Source: Lama guanicoe
Taxonomy: Eukaryota
Length of the DNA stretch: 64,000 nt
Direction of reading: 5' to 3'
NCBI GenBank assembly: GCA_013239625.1
Contig: MU056050.1
Coordinates: forward strand, 6,023,366 to 6,087,365
The notes under the pieces were generated by a model. It ran no database searches, was not told the origin of the DNA, and was given only the letters and a program-made list of their open reading frames with translations. Made by a program: the position numbers and the translations under genes. Position 1 is the first letter of the stretch. Each line of letters begins with the position of its first letter. Shown piece by piece: positions 10,450 through 24,090 of the stretch.

Positions 10450-10945
10450 AGTGGAGGTTTTAAGATAAAACACAAAAGAAACCGTACATAATCATCATAG
10501 TCTATTTGAGAAAGTCATTTCCCACAGGGCTTTGGGTGAACAATGCTGATATCACTAGACATGTAGACCAGAATTGAACAATTACGTAAAGGGATGGCAG
10601 ATGGTAGGAACCAGGCTTCTTGCTGTCAGAATGGCAGGTTACAGATAATCAAGGGGAGAGGCAAGAATGATGCATGTGGTGAGAGCTGAAGACATCAGTT
10701 CAACTTGTCCCAGTCAAGAGGAATCCAAGATGTGACTATTAAACATAACGTGGGATCCTGGATGGAATCCTCAAACAGAAAAGGAACATTAGAAAAAAAA
10801 AGAGGAACTCTGAATAAAGTACATACTTTAGTTAATAATAACACATTAATACTGATTCATTCATTGTGACAAAGGCACCACATAATGTACTACCTTTTTC
10901 AACTGTTCTGTAAATCTAAGAACTATTCGGAAATAAAAGTTATCC
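10450..10945 (+). mobile_element. Old L1M (L1MC/MD-like) 3' UTR fragment
   Basis: gggatcctggatggaatcctc ... aataaagt ... tttttcaactgttctgtaaatctaag ... aaataaaag motifs. Confidence 0.65.
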
Positions 10946-11464
10946 CCCCCAAAATTGTAAGGTTATCAGCAGTCCTGCTTGAAGACCCCTTCCCAAAAAA
11001 TGTAATACCAATGAGAGAGGTGCGTTCTCCCTTACTTTGGGGCAAATTCTTCAGGTGCCCTGGTACCGTGAACATTTCTACATACACTTTGCTGTCATGC
11101 CCAGAAGAGCAATAGGGTCAGGAGACGTGAGTTCAGCAGGGCAGTGGCAGCAAGGAACAGCAGAGCCTTAATGAGAGACAGAAAGAACAGGTGAATACCT
11201 TGTCAACATTCAACAAAGCAGCATCAGCACATGGTAATGAGAGCAGACTTGTGGGGAGATACCCACTAGAGACTTCCTCAAGAATTTCAGGGACACAGCA
11301 AGGGAGTGGGACCCTACAAGAAGCAGGTAGAACCAGAGCCAGTGGTACTGAATTATGTACCATTATTGTTAAGATGGTTGAGAACTAAGGAATCTTAGAA
11401 GTTATACATGCAAAGTATGCACAGTGTGTGGCCCATATAGAAGTCCTGCAAAGTTCATTTCCTT

Positions 11465-12320
11465 ACCAATGTGCTGGAGTTGGTCTACTCCAGCTCAAGA
11501 GTCAATTGTTAAATTTCTGGACATTTTGTGAGCCAGTTTGTAAACACAGCCATTATTAAAAATTAACAGATCTATATCTCCGATAAACAAATATTAAAAC
11601 TAAAGTTAATACTCCAAACACATTTCTTCATTCTTGTACTACATTTTACTATTATCTATGCCTTTGAGGTTATTTTGTCTCTAGCATCCGTGTGGTGGAA
11701 ATATCCTATTAGTAGCATGCTGCTGCCCATCTCTTCTGACTCCTCCTTCAGTTACACCACAATTACAGCCTGACAATTCAGTTCAGTTACTCCTGTCAGA
11801 GTGGGGAGTATTTACATCATGGGACTTCAAAAATCCTAGAAACCTAGACTCAATTTATCAGACTGTTATTGTCTAGACTTTTAAAAAGTGATGAAGTGTT
11901 AATAACAAGTTAAACTTAAAAGCATTTTGTGTAGCTGTTACATGGTGCCCACCACAAAATGAAGGGCATTTTCTTTCAGTATTTGAACCCTTATTCAATT
12001 CAACAAGAGTTGTTCACATCGCTGATGAAGAAATGAAGTCCTGCCCTGCATCTCTGTTGTTTCCCTCTCATCTTACTCATCAACAGAATTGAAAATCTCA
12101 ACCAACACTGATGGCAGGACCACATTCGTTCAACCCCAACTGTAGGTTGGCTAGGGATACAATTCTGCAAAATGACAGAAAGCATCCTGTGAGAATAAAC
12201 TGGTTAGGTTTTTCGAAATTGTGTGCTATTCATGCTTCGTATCAATAAAGTGTAGAAATACACACCACGCTCTTTTTTTTCCCTAGCGAGTTTGCTGTTA
12301 AACTTCTACTCGACAGCACA
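11465..12320 (+). mobile_element. MER63-like hAT (Blackjack-type) non-autonomous DNA transposon
   Basis: atgtgctggag ... aattgttaaattt ... aaacacagccattattaaaaatt ... tacattttactattatctatgc matches remembered MER63; related short pieces at about 5510-5650 (-) and 13215-13410. Confidence 0.75.
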
Positions 12321-14519
12321 GGCTCCTTGTCCCTTTGCTCTGAGGACAATTATATATATAAAGTATGTCTCAATCATCACTACAGTCCTAGTTCATTGCT
12401 TAGGTCTCTCCAAGTGACAAGAGGCTGGTTGAGCAACAGCTCCAACCTGGAAAACAGAGATGAGAAAGGAGGGACCATGTGAGGCAGCTAGGCAGAGGCT
12501 GGAGGATGAGAGATCGATTCCCCTGGAAATGGAAGGAATTAGCACCAAACCTCACCCACGTTCAGCAGTTCTGGCCCAGCTGGGCTCGAGCCGGCTCTCT
12601 GCCTCCCCCACCTGGACCAGGAGCGAGCAAGCACGCTCCTGTCACTCATCCTCAGCACCCAAGCTCCAGTAAACACATTCCATTTGCAGAAGCTTCTACT
12701 GGCAGCAGAAATGGCCTTACTCACTTAGGGGGAAGCCTTTTTCTGATGGATGTTGTGAGGGCATGGGGAAAAAGCGCTGCACAGCAGTGAATAAGGCAGT
12801 ACTTGTTTCTATTTTGATACTGCCGCTCCCTGTCAGCTCTCCCAGGGCTAATGGAGAGACGACTGTGTGTTATAAACAGCGGCTCAGGGGACCCACCATC
12901 AGTGTACCTGACGCTTCACTCAGAGGCTCCTGTCAATTCAGAGACTTACAGAATCACAAGACCATGGTGTTTCCTGCTGTTTCTGCCTTAATTACTATGA
13001 AAAATTAGCAGCCAGCACTCACCCTTGACGCAATCTTGATATAACATATGTAGTATGTCTGCAAGAAAGACTTTCCTTTTTTTGCCTTTGAGCATGAGAA
13101 GGAGCTTTAGCGTTTCATTTTGGTATTGTAGTTATTGCTGCTGGTGTGGTACAGGGAATGGAGAGAAAAAGGGTCAAGCCCATATAGTCATAAGAAGTCC
13201 AAGTTCAAGGCAATTGGATGCTGGAGCCAATTACCCACACCTCCTCTCAACACTACATTCAGTGGCTACAAGTTAGTAGTCAGAAGTCCACCGTGATGGG
13301 ACTATTTACGCCACAGAAATCAGCCAACACAACAAATCAGGGCTTCTCCCCCTAGATATCCAGTTTATTGGCAGCTCACAAGCTCAAAGGTAGTCATCAT
13401 CCAACATTATCCCTGGAAAATACTGAAGAGGATTGGGACATGGGAAGAGGGGGCGGGGGGGGAGCCACAAGGAGTCAATTTGCGATGAAAAGGGATGTTG
13501 AAGAAACCCTGCCCTCTTCCCATTCCCTAAGTGTTGGCTCTTGTTCCGCCTTTCTCAGTCCTGCACTTGGAAGAGAGTGTGAGAGGGGCCGCTTACAGCA
13601 GTCATGAATATTCCGAGTGGAGAGCCACTCAGAGTTCAGCCCGAAAGTCACAGTCCAGCTTCCTCCACCTGCAGTATCAGATCCCAGAGGGACTAAAATG
13701 CACAGCGGCTGCAGATGCCCACCCGGTCACCAGGAAAGCCCCACTCCAGCACAGCTCCACCTAACGGTCTCTGGTCACAGATGAGCCACACATTATCCCC
13801 CCTGCTGCTCAAATTGCTAGGCTAGACTCAAGGGGCAATTCCAGAAAAATAAAGGGATTCACCCACCACGCTTCTCCGTACCCACCTCCTTGGCCCCCCT
13901 CACTTTCCCTGGGTCATTCTCCTGCACGCTCGGCAGGGGCAGGCAGCACTCAGAAAAGCTCCTTCCTCACCCCTGCCCCTCCTCTGTGGTAGATTCAGAA
14001 ACGGCTCAGGACAAGTGTTAATGCTGTACCATAATCACCTAGCACTCAGGGCACACCCTGCCCTCCCCGCTCCGGCTCGGCAGACTTTCCAATCACAAAC
14101 ATTTAGAGCGTCTACCATGCGCCAGTGATCTATAGATGTGTTTCTCTAAAATGATACATGGCTAGAAAGGCATGGACCTTGCCCTCTCAGAGTTTACAAC
14201 TCAAAGACGACATACATATGGTCCTCTACCACAGGACAAAATGAAATTTAGTGCTGACTAGTAGCAGAGGCCCAGAGATAGTTAAGTCCCTGGCATCTGG
14301 AAAGATGAAGGCCAAAATGAAAAATAGTAGCTGATGTTTACTTAGCATTTACCACATGCCAGATTCCATGATAAACTCTTCACATCAGTCACCTCCTTCA
14401 ATCCTCACAACCACCAGCAAGACAGCTAGCATCAACCCCACTTAACAGTTTAAAAAAAAATCAAGGTGTAAAGAGATTATACAAAATCATACACCTAGTT
14501 TAATGTTGGAATGGGGGTC

Positions 14520-14866
14520 GGCAATAGACCAAAGGCTTATAACTCTCCCCAAATTCACATGTTGAAATGTCAGCCCCCAAAATATTAGGAGGTGGAGCTT
14601 CGAAAGGTGATGAGGTCACAAGGAGGAACCCTCATGAATGGGATTAGTACCCTTATAAAAGACACCCCAAAGAACTCCCTTGCCCTTTCTGCCACGTGAG
14701 AATCGCAGTCTAGAAACTGGAAGTGGGCCTTCCCTAGAACCCAACCATGCTGGCATCCTGATCTTAGATTTCCCAGCTTCCACAACTGGAAGCAATATAT
14801 TTGTGCTGTTTTATAAGCCACCCAGTCTATGGTATTGTGTTCTAGCAGCCTGAACAGACTAAGACA
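14520..14866 (+). mobile_element. MaLR solo LTR (MLT1A-like)
   Basis: ccctcatgaatgggattagtacccttataaaagac ... agccacccagtctatggtattg ... agactaagaca end. Confidence 0.85.
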
Positions 14867-15115
14867 TGGTCTATCCCAGGTCACTCTGATTCCAGAACTC
14901 AAGGCAGGGTTCAAAGGAAGATGAAATGAGGTATCATACTCTTTTATAAGCCGGTCTCCACATTCTTACATAACAATTCATTCATTCTTTCAGCACGTCC
15001 CAAGTACTGTTCTACAGTAGTGAAGAAAACAGACAAAATTCTCTGCTTCCATGGAAGTTATAGCACAATGAAATGTAAGTCCTCTTAGAAAATTTCATGT
15101 CTTGGGACAAATACT

Positions 15116-15628
15116 GTAATAGCAGGGGAGCAGAATGTGATAAAGCCCCTCAGATAAAGATCACAGCCTTGTAGTCACATATTAGGCTTATTAACTTGCT
15201 ACAGCAAGGGAGACTGCACACCAGAGAAATCATGGCATACCTCACCCAAGGAAGTGACAGCATTATTTCGGATCAGGCAGGCAGGGTGTGGGGGAGACTG
15301 GTATAGAAACAACTTAAGTGAAGCCAAGGTCTGATGGTCTCACAGTAGAGCAGGGCTGTGTATAAACGGGTGAATGTTAGCACTAGGTTGAGATGTAGCC
15401 CCAGGGTCCCACCTTCTGGAAAAATACAGAACTGAGATAAATGTTGAAGGTTGTCCCAAATCCCCTTCTGGGAAGCTCTGCAAAACCAATCAAGGTGTTC
15501 CAGCCAAGAATGGGATGTTCCATTATCACTGATGCAATTTCAAAAGCAAAGTTGTGTCAGCCTGAGATTTTAAACAAGGCTTTTCAGCACTATATGCTTC
15601 TGTTAATTAAGAAGAATGTTTTTTCACA
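15116..15628 (-). mobile_element. Probable ERV solo LTR
   Basis: TG...CA bounded about 510-bp segment with minus-strand LTR-like poly(A) signal region (aataagcctaatatgtgactaca); family not recognised. Confidence 0.4.
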
Positions 15629-15860
15629 GGTTCACAAAGGTGATCCCAACCCTAACAACCAGAGTGTTAACAAGGCCACCAAAGAGTGAGGAAGCTGCTC
15701 TGTCAGAGGGAGGAAAAAATTTAATGTTGCCAAGACAATATGGGAGGGAGAGGTGAGCTGAGATGCGAGAGTAACAGGGAGAGGTGGAGCCAGTCTGTGG
15801 GGGTGAGTGATGATGTGACTCTGACCACACAGACTGGGGAAAGTCTGCGCTCAGGGGTGG

Positions 15861-16292
15861 TGTCAGAGGATGGGGGCGGGACCTGAGAGGGGAGGGGTGG
15901 GGCCTGAGGAGGTGGGGCCTATGTTTCACATCAAGTAAATCTAGTGTGGGACTGGGACAGTGAGCGACCAGGAAGTATATGAGGCTCCCTTGGAAGTTCA
16001 CCAGAATCTTTGGTATGTGTTTGAGCTTCCAAAGGCCATGAAGTCCTTTCACATCTTAGATCACAAGGGCAGACCATGTCAGAGGAAGGGGGAGGGACCT
16101 GAGAGGGGAGGGGTGGGGCCTGAGGAGGTGGGGCCTATGTTTCACATCAAGTAAATCTAGTGTGGGACTGGGACAGTGAGCGACCAGGAAGTATATGAGG
16201 CTCCCTTGGAAGTTCACCAGAATCTTTGGTATGTGTTTGAGCTTCCAAAGGCCATGAAGTCCTTTCACATCTTAGATCACAAGGGCAGACCA
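15861..16292. repeat. Tandem duplication, 2 x 216 bp
   Basis: 15861-16076 and 16077-16292; only two differences seen, both in the first 20 bp. Confidence 0.97.
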
Positions 16293-18039
16293 AGCTGACG
16301 TCAACCATATAGGCCACAAAGCAAATCAAAGACCTGTTAATTCAACCTACAAGGAATAAATTTAGAGAACACATTCCCTCAAGAAGTGGCCACCTAGATA
16401 TGCACTCCACCCCTATTAGTCAACAACTGACAAAGTCAGAAGTAGGCCAGGAGAATTCAAAAGGGCCAAGCAGCAAGCAGTTGAGACAAGCAAAATATGA
16501 AGAATCTTAAGAAAACCAAGCTAGTGAAGTCAGCACTATTTCCCTGTGCTGCTTCCTCAGGAAGAGGGAGGCTCCACGGGCTTCCTGTGGTCAGTCTAGA
16601 AAGGCCAAGGCAGGAGACTTACTGGCATCTGCTAATGGGACTCGGGTGTGTGCAGTTATGTTATCCCAGGAATGCGGAGGAGGAGCTAAGTGAGTGTGAT
16701 GAGACAAAGATCATCGTAAACCTGACTTGAAAACTGAGTCTTAACATCATGGCATCTTAAGAACATCCATCCTCATGACTGGCTGAGCCCATGAGAAGTC
16801 ACTGAGTACAAGAGTCGTGGTCCTAAGCAAGGAACCACAAACGGGCTGGAGTCAGACTGCAAGACTGTAAGACAAATCTGTTCTTCAGGGATATTTTGTC
16901 CCCCATAGTATCTTTTAAAATTCTTTAACTTTCCAACATTTAAAAAAATAGAACTATTATGTTAGGGGGAAAAAAATCAAATTACCTCCTCCTGAAGAAT
17001 CAGGAGATCTAGCAAGACGTGGCCCAAGTTCCCATGTAGCAAAAGGAGGCTGGGGTGGTTGGGGAACGCAGCCTCTGCTTTCCTGAAATCCCCACCCACT
17101 CTCAAACATCTCATACTTAAGTCAGTTTTGCTTATTTATATTACCTGGTAAACTCTGGGAGGAGTTTGTAATTCCTGTCTGAAGTACCCAAGTTCATAGT
17201 ATTTTGCTGGAAAAAAAGTAAATATATGCCATCTGTTCACTCATATACTCAACACCGGTTTTTTTTTCTCCAGCATACTGTGCCTTGTAAGGCTGTTTTT
17301 TCTGGGCTGGGCGCAGGGAATCGCTTCCCCTCCACCCAGGTTCCCTGCTTTGTTCACCGCATGGTCAGCTTGGGGTCTTCTGTTTGGTTACCAGCGTTTG
17401 TGAAGAAGGACAGTGTGACCTCTGGGGCAGGAGGACCCTTGGAGTTAAGAAAGCCGTTAGCAAATCAATCCTAAAGTGATTTATTTCCCAGCAGTAGATA
17501 GCAAGGAGGCAGTGTATATTTATCATTTGGACAAGGCCTTAATAAAGATAAATTCGGAGTTTGAGTACCTCTAAGGAAGTGGCTTTAACTTCCGACATAT
17601 GCCAAAATGCACGTCACAGCTAATTAGGCGGCATTCACATATGCCTTGCAAGTGGGTCTAGGCAGGCAGTGGGTAGGAATGACATGTTCGCCTGCATTGA
17701 GATGCACCACGGATGGGCTGAGAACTCAGGGGGCTTTGAGACCCATATCAAGAGTGAAATCCAAGGAGATCCCCAAAGCCAATAATGAATATGTGCTCAT
17801 TATAAAATCTATGGCAAGACTTAGTTTAGCTGCAGCTTAGAGGGCAAGTGAACAGATAACAGTTACATTCAAGGCATGGATAAAATTATGATTGCTGAAT
17901 TTCATTTTTGTGTGTCCTGTCTGCATGTGGAAGATCTCTGCATTTACCAAAAAGAAAGTGGGAGGATTTAAAGAGCTGACTCTGTTCTCCAAATGATCTC
18001 AGTAACTGGCACTTTGGGCTCTGTATTGAGAATTGGGAC

Positions 18040-18185
18040 CTGGACTAGGATAAGCCCAACAAGGCCCTTGGGGCACAAAACTGCAGGAGGCACTCACTCT
18101 CAGGGACCTGCAGGAGCGGGCCCAGCATGTTCAAGGGAGCACCTCCTGAAATTCTGCTCCCTAGGGCTTGTGGCACCCTGGTTGG
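18040..18185 (+). mobile_element. MER91-like hAT MITE
   Basis: gcacaaaactgcaggaggcactcactctcaggg ... gagcacctcctgaaattctgc. Confidence 0.55.
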
Positions 18186-19544
18186 AACATCTTCATTCTT
18201 GAATTGTGATGCTCTAAGTTCTCACCAAGGAAATGGGAAGGCCAACAACGTGGAATACTTACAAAATCATGTATAATAAGTGTAGTAACAACTTAGGACA
18301 GACTGTGCAGATAACATTGCAAACCCTTACATGGTCACAGGAAGGAGGGGCAGGGATCAGGAAAATCTAGTAGCATGCCTGAGTGTTCTTTTCTCAGTTC
18401 CAAAGCCCACTAATGGAATTAAGTGCTAACAAGGTACTGCCAAGGAGAGCGAGCCTGCAGGTCGCAATGAGCCCCACTCTGAAGTTCTGTGGTTTGTGGT
18501 TGGGGCATTAGTAGATTGTACCAGTGGGGCTAACAGACAAACTCATTTCTTCAACTAGGCTAAGAATCTCTAAAATCTGGGTAACATGACTCATTTGCTT
18601 GTGAATTTTTTTCCCTATGGAGCCCCAAAGGGAACTTCCCCTTTATGATCATTTCCAAGTAGAAAATAGTTCTAGATAGGGGTTCCATCAGGCAGGCTAA
18701 GGAAGAGGGGCAGGAGACCTCAGATCTTCTTACTTTGCTCCATGTGGCTCAGGCTAAATTACCAAGTAGCCTTGGTTTTAAAACCCCAGCTCACTTCATG
18801 CCCTCTCCCTTCTTCTAGCCCCAGAACATGACTACCTATGTCAGGATTGAGAAAACAGGCAAACATGGGGCCAAGCTGAGAAGTCATTCTCATCCAGCTT
18901 TCATTGGAACCGAACCTGAGACTTTCCCAGTGGAGGATCATTGCGTGCTTCCAGGTGGGAGGGGTGGGGAACAGCCACCTCTTCAACAAAATTTATCAAA
19001 CTGGCTCGGGAAGTTCTGTGGGCACAAAAATCACTCTTGTTAAACAGAGAGGCTCTGTGGAAATGAATTCCCAACATAGGGATTAGCATTTCTTTTGAAA
19101 TGGTCACAGCACACAGAGGGGAAAAATCCTTGATCAAATGTGGTTTCCATTTGCTAAATTCCAATTAGCTCAGCCCTCTGACAGCTTCTCCCTTGGTTTG
19201 GCTGCAGGAGTGGGGCTTACACGAGACCATTTCCAAACAAGTGATTGCACTCAGCATAGCCCAGAACTTGGCATAAGTAGGGCTGCCTTTTCAGAAGTTT
19301 ATGCTCAAACTTCTGAGTTAGTCGACACCGCTCGTCACTTAGTCAGGTATTTAAGTACTTCTCAACGTACAAGACTCTACTCTTGGTCCTGGAGGGGAGG
19401 CAGGGCGAGAAAGATACCAAGGAAATCCCGAGTCTGCTATGAGAAGTAACTGTCTAGTAAGGAGGTTCGGATATGCACATGAATAGCCAGTAAGGAACGT
19501 TACATTCCATCAGTGGGAAACAGAAAATAGAGTCAAATCTCCAT

Positions 19545-19705
19545 ACCCAAAGGAGGTTCTGCAGATCCGCGCATGAGTATCTCCAAGGAGCTGGTTAGAA
19601 ATGCAGCATCTCAGGCCCTGCCCAACGACTGATTCAGAGGCTGTAGTTTAACCAAGAACCACAGGTAATTCTGATACACTTAACCGCTGGAAAAGCCCCA
19701 GCCCA
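19545..19705. mobile_element. MER5A-like MITE
   Basis: ggagctggttagaaatgcagcatctcaggccctgccc ... ctgattcaga ... caggtaattctgat. Confidence 0.7.
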
Positions 19706-19779
19706 GAGCAATTCAGAGGAGAGAGAAATGGCTTTTCAGCTGAGGGGCTCAAGACGGCCCATGAGTCAGATTTTAATCA

Positions 19780-20180
19780 TGTGGCACCAACTTCTAGTTG
19801 GCCACCAAAATTTGCCCTCCGTTTCTTCCATCCCTGTGGCTAGACTACACTGCCTAGCCTCTTTCACAGGAGTGACTAATTTCTTTTTGATGGGATGCAA
19901 GAAGCAGCACGTGCCACTTCCAGGCTTAGACCTTAAGGGAGTGGACCAGTCTTAGTCACTCTTCTCCTCTCCCCTCCAATTGGAACCTGGATGAAGCAGG
20001 CCAGCCTTGACCGCTCAGATGAGAACCACACCCCAGGGGATGGTAGAGCAACAGCCTGTTAAATGGACAACTTATAAGGAGCCTAAGTTCTTGAATGAAG
20101 ATGCAGAGCCACTGTCATTCTGAAACACAACAGAACTGACAGGAAAAAACGAACTTCTGAATTTTTAAAGCCCTTCTCCT
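19780..20180 (+). mobile_element. MaLR LTR (old MLT1)
   Basis: ctagactacactgcctagcctc ... gtgccacttccaggc ... gatggtagagcaaca ... aacttctg. Confidence 0.6.
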
Positions 20181-22069
20181 CTATGGTCTCTTTAAAAAAA
20201 AAAAAGGCCCTACATTTACCCTCACAAATGCAGACACGTGAAATGCAGATCCAGAGAGATGGTGAAGTGTATTACTGTTGGTTGAAGGAGCAACATCAGT
20301 AGACACAGGGGTACGTGTGACTGTGTATGCAGTGTTCAAGTTGTTGCAACAGTTTGGCTGGCAGGAGCCTATAGTATGTGAAGTCCTAATAGCAAAAAAA
20401 ACTGGAAAGGTATTCATTCAAAATTCAGATTATGGGATCTGGTATTCCAGGCCAATGGTTAACAGGAGTCCTTGATGACCTCACAAGGGAAAGGCATAAT
20501 GTCTGGGGGAAATTTTTCTAGCAACAGTGTCTGTGATAAGTTGAAGTGGGGAAAGAGACGAAGCCTGGTTAAGATTTTGCAATTGTCCAGCTCAAAAATG
20601 GCAGTGAAGAACCTCAACAAGGTTAATTCTAGGTCAAATATAGTGATCAAAGTGGCTATTCTCAATTTAGGGGTTCCCTCCCCAAAAAGTCTGGTAAGAA
20701 GCTATGCACTTTTAGAGGTAGAACTAATGATAGAATATCTAGTGTAGGGTAAATTTAGTTGTGCAAAATTCCATAGAATAGTAAATCACCATAGATCTTT
20801 GAACATGGACTTGAGCAAAAAAAATTAGAATATGGAAGAATTTTCATAACAAGAAGCTATTAAATGGAAATGTGTATGAATGTACTCATCTGTATTTCTA
20901 GAAGGTCAACTAAAACTGAATTTTTGTAAATGAAATGATCTTCCCAAAGAGCTCCTCTTTCTGAGCTCTTTTCTCTTTGACTAATTGTCCACAGTAGACA
21001 CCTAACATCTGACCTTTAAGTTTCTTTGTCCCAGATTACTATACAGCTAAAGGTATGGCAAAGATTTTAAATCACTCATCACTAAAGCCAAGTAGTTTTG
21101 TGTTTCAAATTTTAAGTGCTATTGTAATTTGGCTTTTCAGAAAATTTAGAGTTTGTGAGTTATGCATTAAAGTATGTCTCAGCTATACTAAAAAAATAAG
21201 TGAATTTAATGATAAATATACTTCAAGTTGGTGACTGGTTAGAATTCCAGGATCATAGCAGGATCCAACTGAAGCACTCCTGAGGGTATGAGCACACAAA
21301 TATTGAACTTGAAAATTACAGGCTTCAAGAGTGCAGAGAATGCCCTAAAGAAGTTGATTGAAATCAATTACCCTCCTGAAAATTGGGAGGTATTCAGAGA
21401 ACAATTAGGAAACATTCAATCCATATTCATTAATACAGAGTGGGTCCCCAAATGACAGAGATATCTGCTGTGATTAACAAAGAAGGGAAATTTTTTTTTA
21501 AGACCGCCTCATAAGAAACAAGCGTGGGAAAGGCTTACAGAGCGCAATACACAGTAACAGTAACATTAAGTTTTATTAGAAGGAAGCTGCAATCTCATTC
21601 ATGATGAAATGTACTAATTAATACAAGCCGAAGTGAGGGGCCCCGATTCAGGTGTGTTACCCAACACCGGGAGGAGGGGACGAAACCTCATTTGCCCCTC
21701 CCTATGGCTTATTTGATAACTTGATAATTCATCTGGTAGGTCAGGCCCCAAACATAGGCAGAGGAGGGAGGCTTATGTCTCTGAGGAGGTCCCTGGCCAG
21801 CAAGCTCCCTGCTGCTGGGCTACATCATCTGGACAGTCTCAGAATTCACTCCAGCCTTAAGAAGTAAAGAATCCAAGCTCTTGGGTGCTAATCAAAGGCC
21901 TATCACCTACTTTCTCAGGGTCCTTGACAGAATCACCAATCTCTCTGTAAAATGGTGATAATACTCGTCCCACTGACCTCACAAAACAGGTATTAATAAT
22001 AATCAAATGTGACTGTATGTATGAAAGGTGATCACTGCTGCACAGAGCAAGAAATTGCTTTATGACTTT

Positions 22070-22300
22070 GTTCATAACAGCATCTTACTATGTGCCAGGT
22101 TCTGTGCCAAACACTTAAATTAATTTCTTCATAACTACCCTGTGGGAATGGGTTCTCTCGTTATCCCGTTTCACAGGTAAGGAAACTGAGCCTCAGAGAG
22201 TAACATACCCAAGATCACACAGCTAGTACATGGTAGCACCATCATGTGAGACCAAGCAGTTTGATTCCAGCACCTTATTCTCTAAACCGCTGCATTCCAT
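22070..22300 (-). mobile_element. MIR SINE
   Basis: ttactatgtgccagg ... ggaaactgagcctcagagag ... cccaagatcacacagctagt. Confidence 0.85.
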
Positions 22301-23899
22301 TACCTCCTGACGTTAATATCTGACATGTGTGTACTATCTTGCCTTCTCTGGGCTGCTAATTCCTGTAATGAACTCCTTCCACACGTCATGAGTACAGTGT
22401 ACTTCCCTGCAGCCCCTTTAATCAACACCACTGTCTTGTGAGGCAGGGGAATTATTCCCTGTGTCATGAAAGGGAAACCAGACTCAGGGGAAGTAACTTG
22501 ACCAAAGCCACACAGCTAACAAGTGTTGTGTTCTTGCCAAGACACTGAAGCTGCTTTACCAATTTGGTTTCCTGGGCACAGGGAGATCAGGAAATGTTTC
22601 TGTAGCCATTTGATATGAGCATTCTATTCCCTGGAAATAACTTTCACCTTTCTTGAAGTGTTTTATCTAAGTTCTGTAGAATTTAGGAGGTGCAAGGCTC
22701 ATGAGGTGTCAGAGCATTAAGACAATCACAGCTAAAACTTTAGTAAGGTGCCATCATGGGGACTCTGAGCATCCAAATGCATTTACCAATGACAATCCTA
22801 GAAGCTGTTTGAAGACCTAAGCCATTTTTAATAGAGTGCACCTCCTAAGCCCTTCAAGGGTGAATCCACAGACAAGCATGCATGGTTCACGAGCACACCA
22901 AGCACAGCATACAAAAGGACTCCTTTGTGGAGACTTTAACTGCCAAGAGTAATTTGTTTGAATGCAGAATTCAGCATTGGTCAATGACTGAAGGTCAGAC
23001 TTAGGTGACCTCTCATCAGATTTTAAGTCAACCCTGAATCTCAGCCATCAATACGATCCCCATCCCCGCCACCCCCCAAAGGCAAATGAAGTACACCTGA
23101 AAGGCAGAGGAGTCTTGCTCCGGGAATGCCTTCGTTCCCCTTCTGGCTTTCAGCTCTCCAGCTGCCCAGTGCCCTCCTGCCGCTGAGGACCATCTGGTAC
23201 TGCCCTCCCTGCAGGACTGCATGTCTCTCACCTCCACTTATCTGTCTAAGTGACCCCTTTCCTTAGGGCGGCACATGGGACTGCAAGCAGCTCTGAGAAA
23301 TTAATTACGACGATTTGTTAATGGCTAAAGAGGAGTTTTGTTATTCAGCCCACATGTATCCCACCCTAGCAAACAGGAGGGGGCATGGTACAGTCAAGGA
23401 CAGCTGGCCTAAAAATCCACTAGGCTGAAAGTTGGGACAACAGGGTCCTAGTCCAAGGTCTCTGAGCTGTGTCATTTTTGGTATCAGTATCTGAACCTCT
23501 TACCCATTTGTGGTACTCCCCTGCCTGCCTCCACAGTCTATCCCGGCCTAGCCTAAATTGAAGAGGACTTATTTTGGACTTTTATACGTTTTTTCAACAG
23601 AATTAAGACTGGCTTTATTTAGGCTTACACACATTTTACTGCTCCCCAGAAGAGGGCTTCTCCTTCCTTTAATTGAGTCTGACTCTATAATTCAAATAAC
23701 TGATGGAAAGTACATGTCCAGAGCATTCTTAGAGTATTTTAAATTTCGGTCCAATCTTAAAGAGAGTTGTAAATGTAAAGATAAAAGTTTAAGACTTGAT
23801 TCTCTAGGACAGTAAGAAATCATGGAAACTTTCCAGGCAGAGGAGTGATGTAAATACGGTTGAATCTGTAATACTAAGTACTTAAATTAAGATCACCTA

Positions 23900-24090
23900 T
23901 GAGCTAACAACCATGCCCAGAGCCTTACACCATTACCTGATCCTTAAGACAACCCTGTGAGCCAGGTATTATCTCCCACATTTTACAGATGAGGAAATTG
24001 AAGCACAGACAGGTTACAAAACTTGTTTAAATGCATCTGGGACATAAACCAGGTCAGTCTGATTTTAAAGCCTATGTGCTTTACCACTAT
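23900..24090 (-). mobile_element. MIR SINE
   Basis: acaaccctgtgag ... cattttacagatgaggaaattgaagcacaga. Confidence 0.8.

Noticed and set aside
15624..16329. Repeated peptides MKGLHGLWKLKH... as a gene family or array
   Set aside because: A by-product of the 216-bp tandem duplication.
20181..20750. Cluster of overlapping ORFs as an exon or processed pseudogene
   Set aside because: No recognisable protein or splice pattern. It may be a very old CR1-type LINE remnant, but I cannot support that either.
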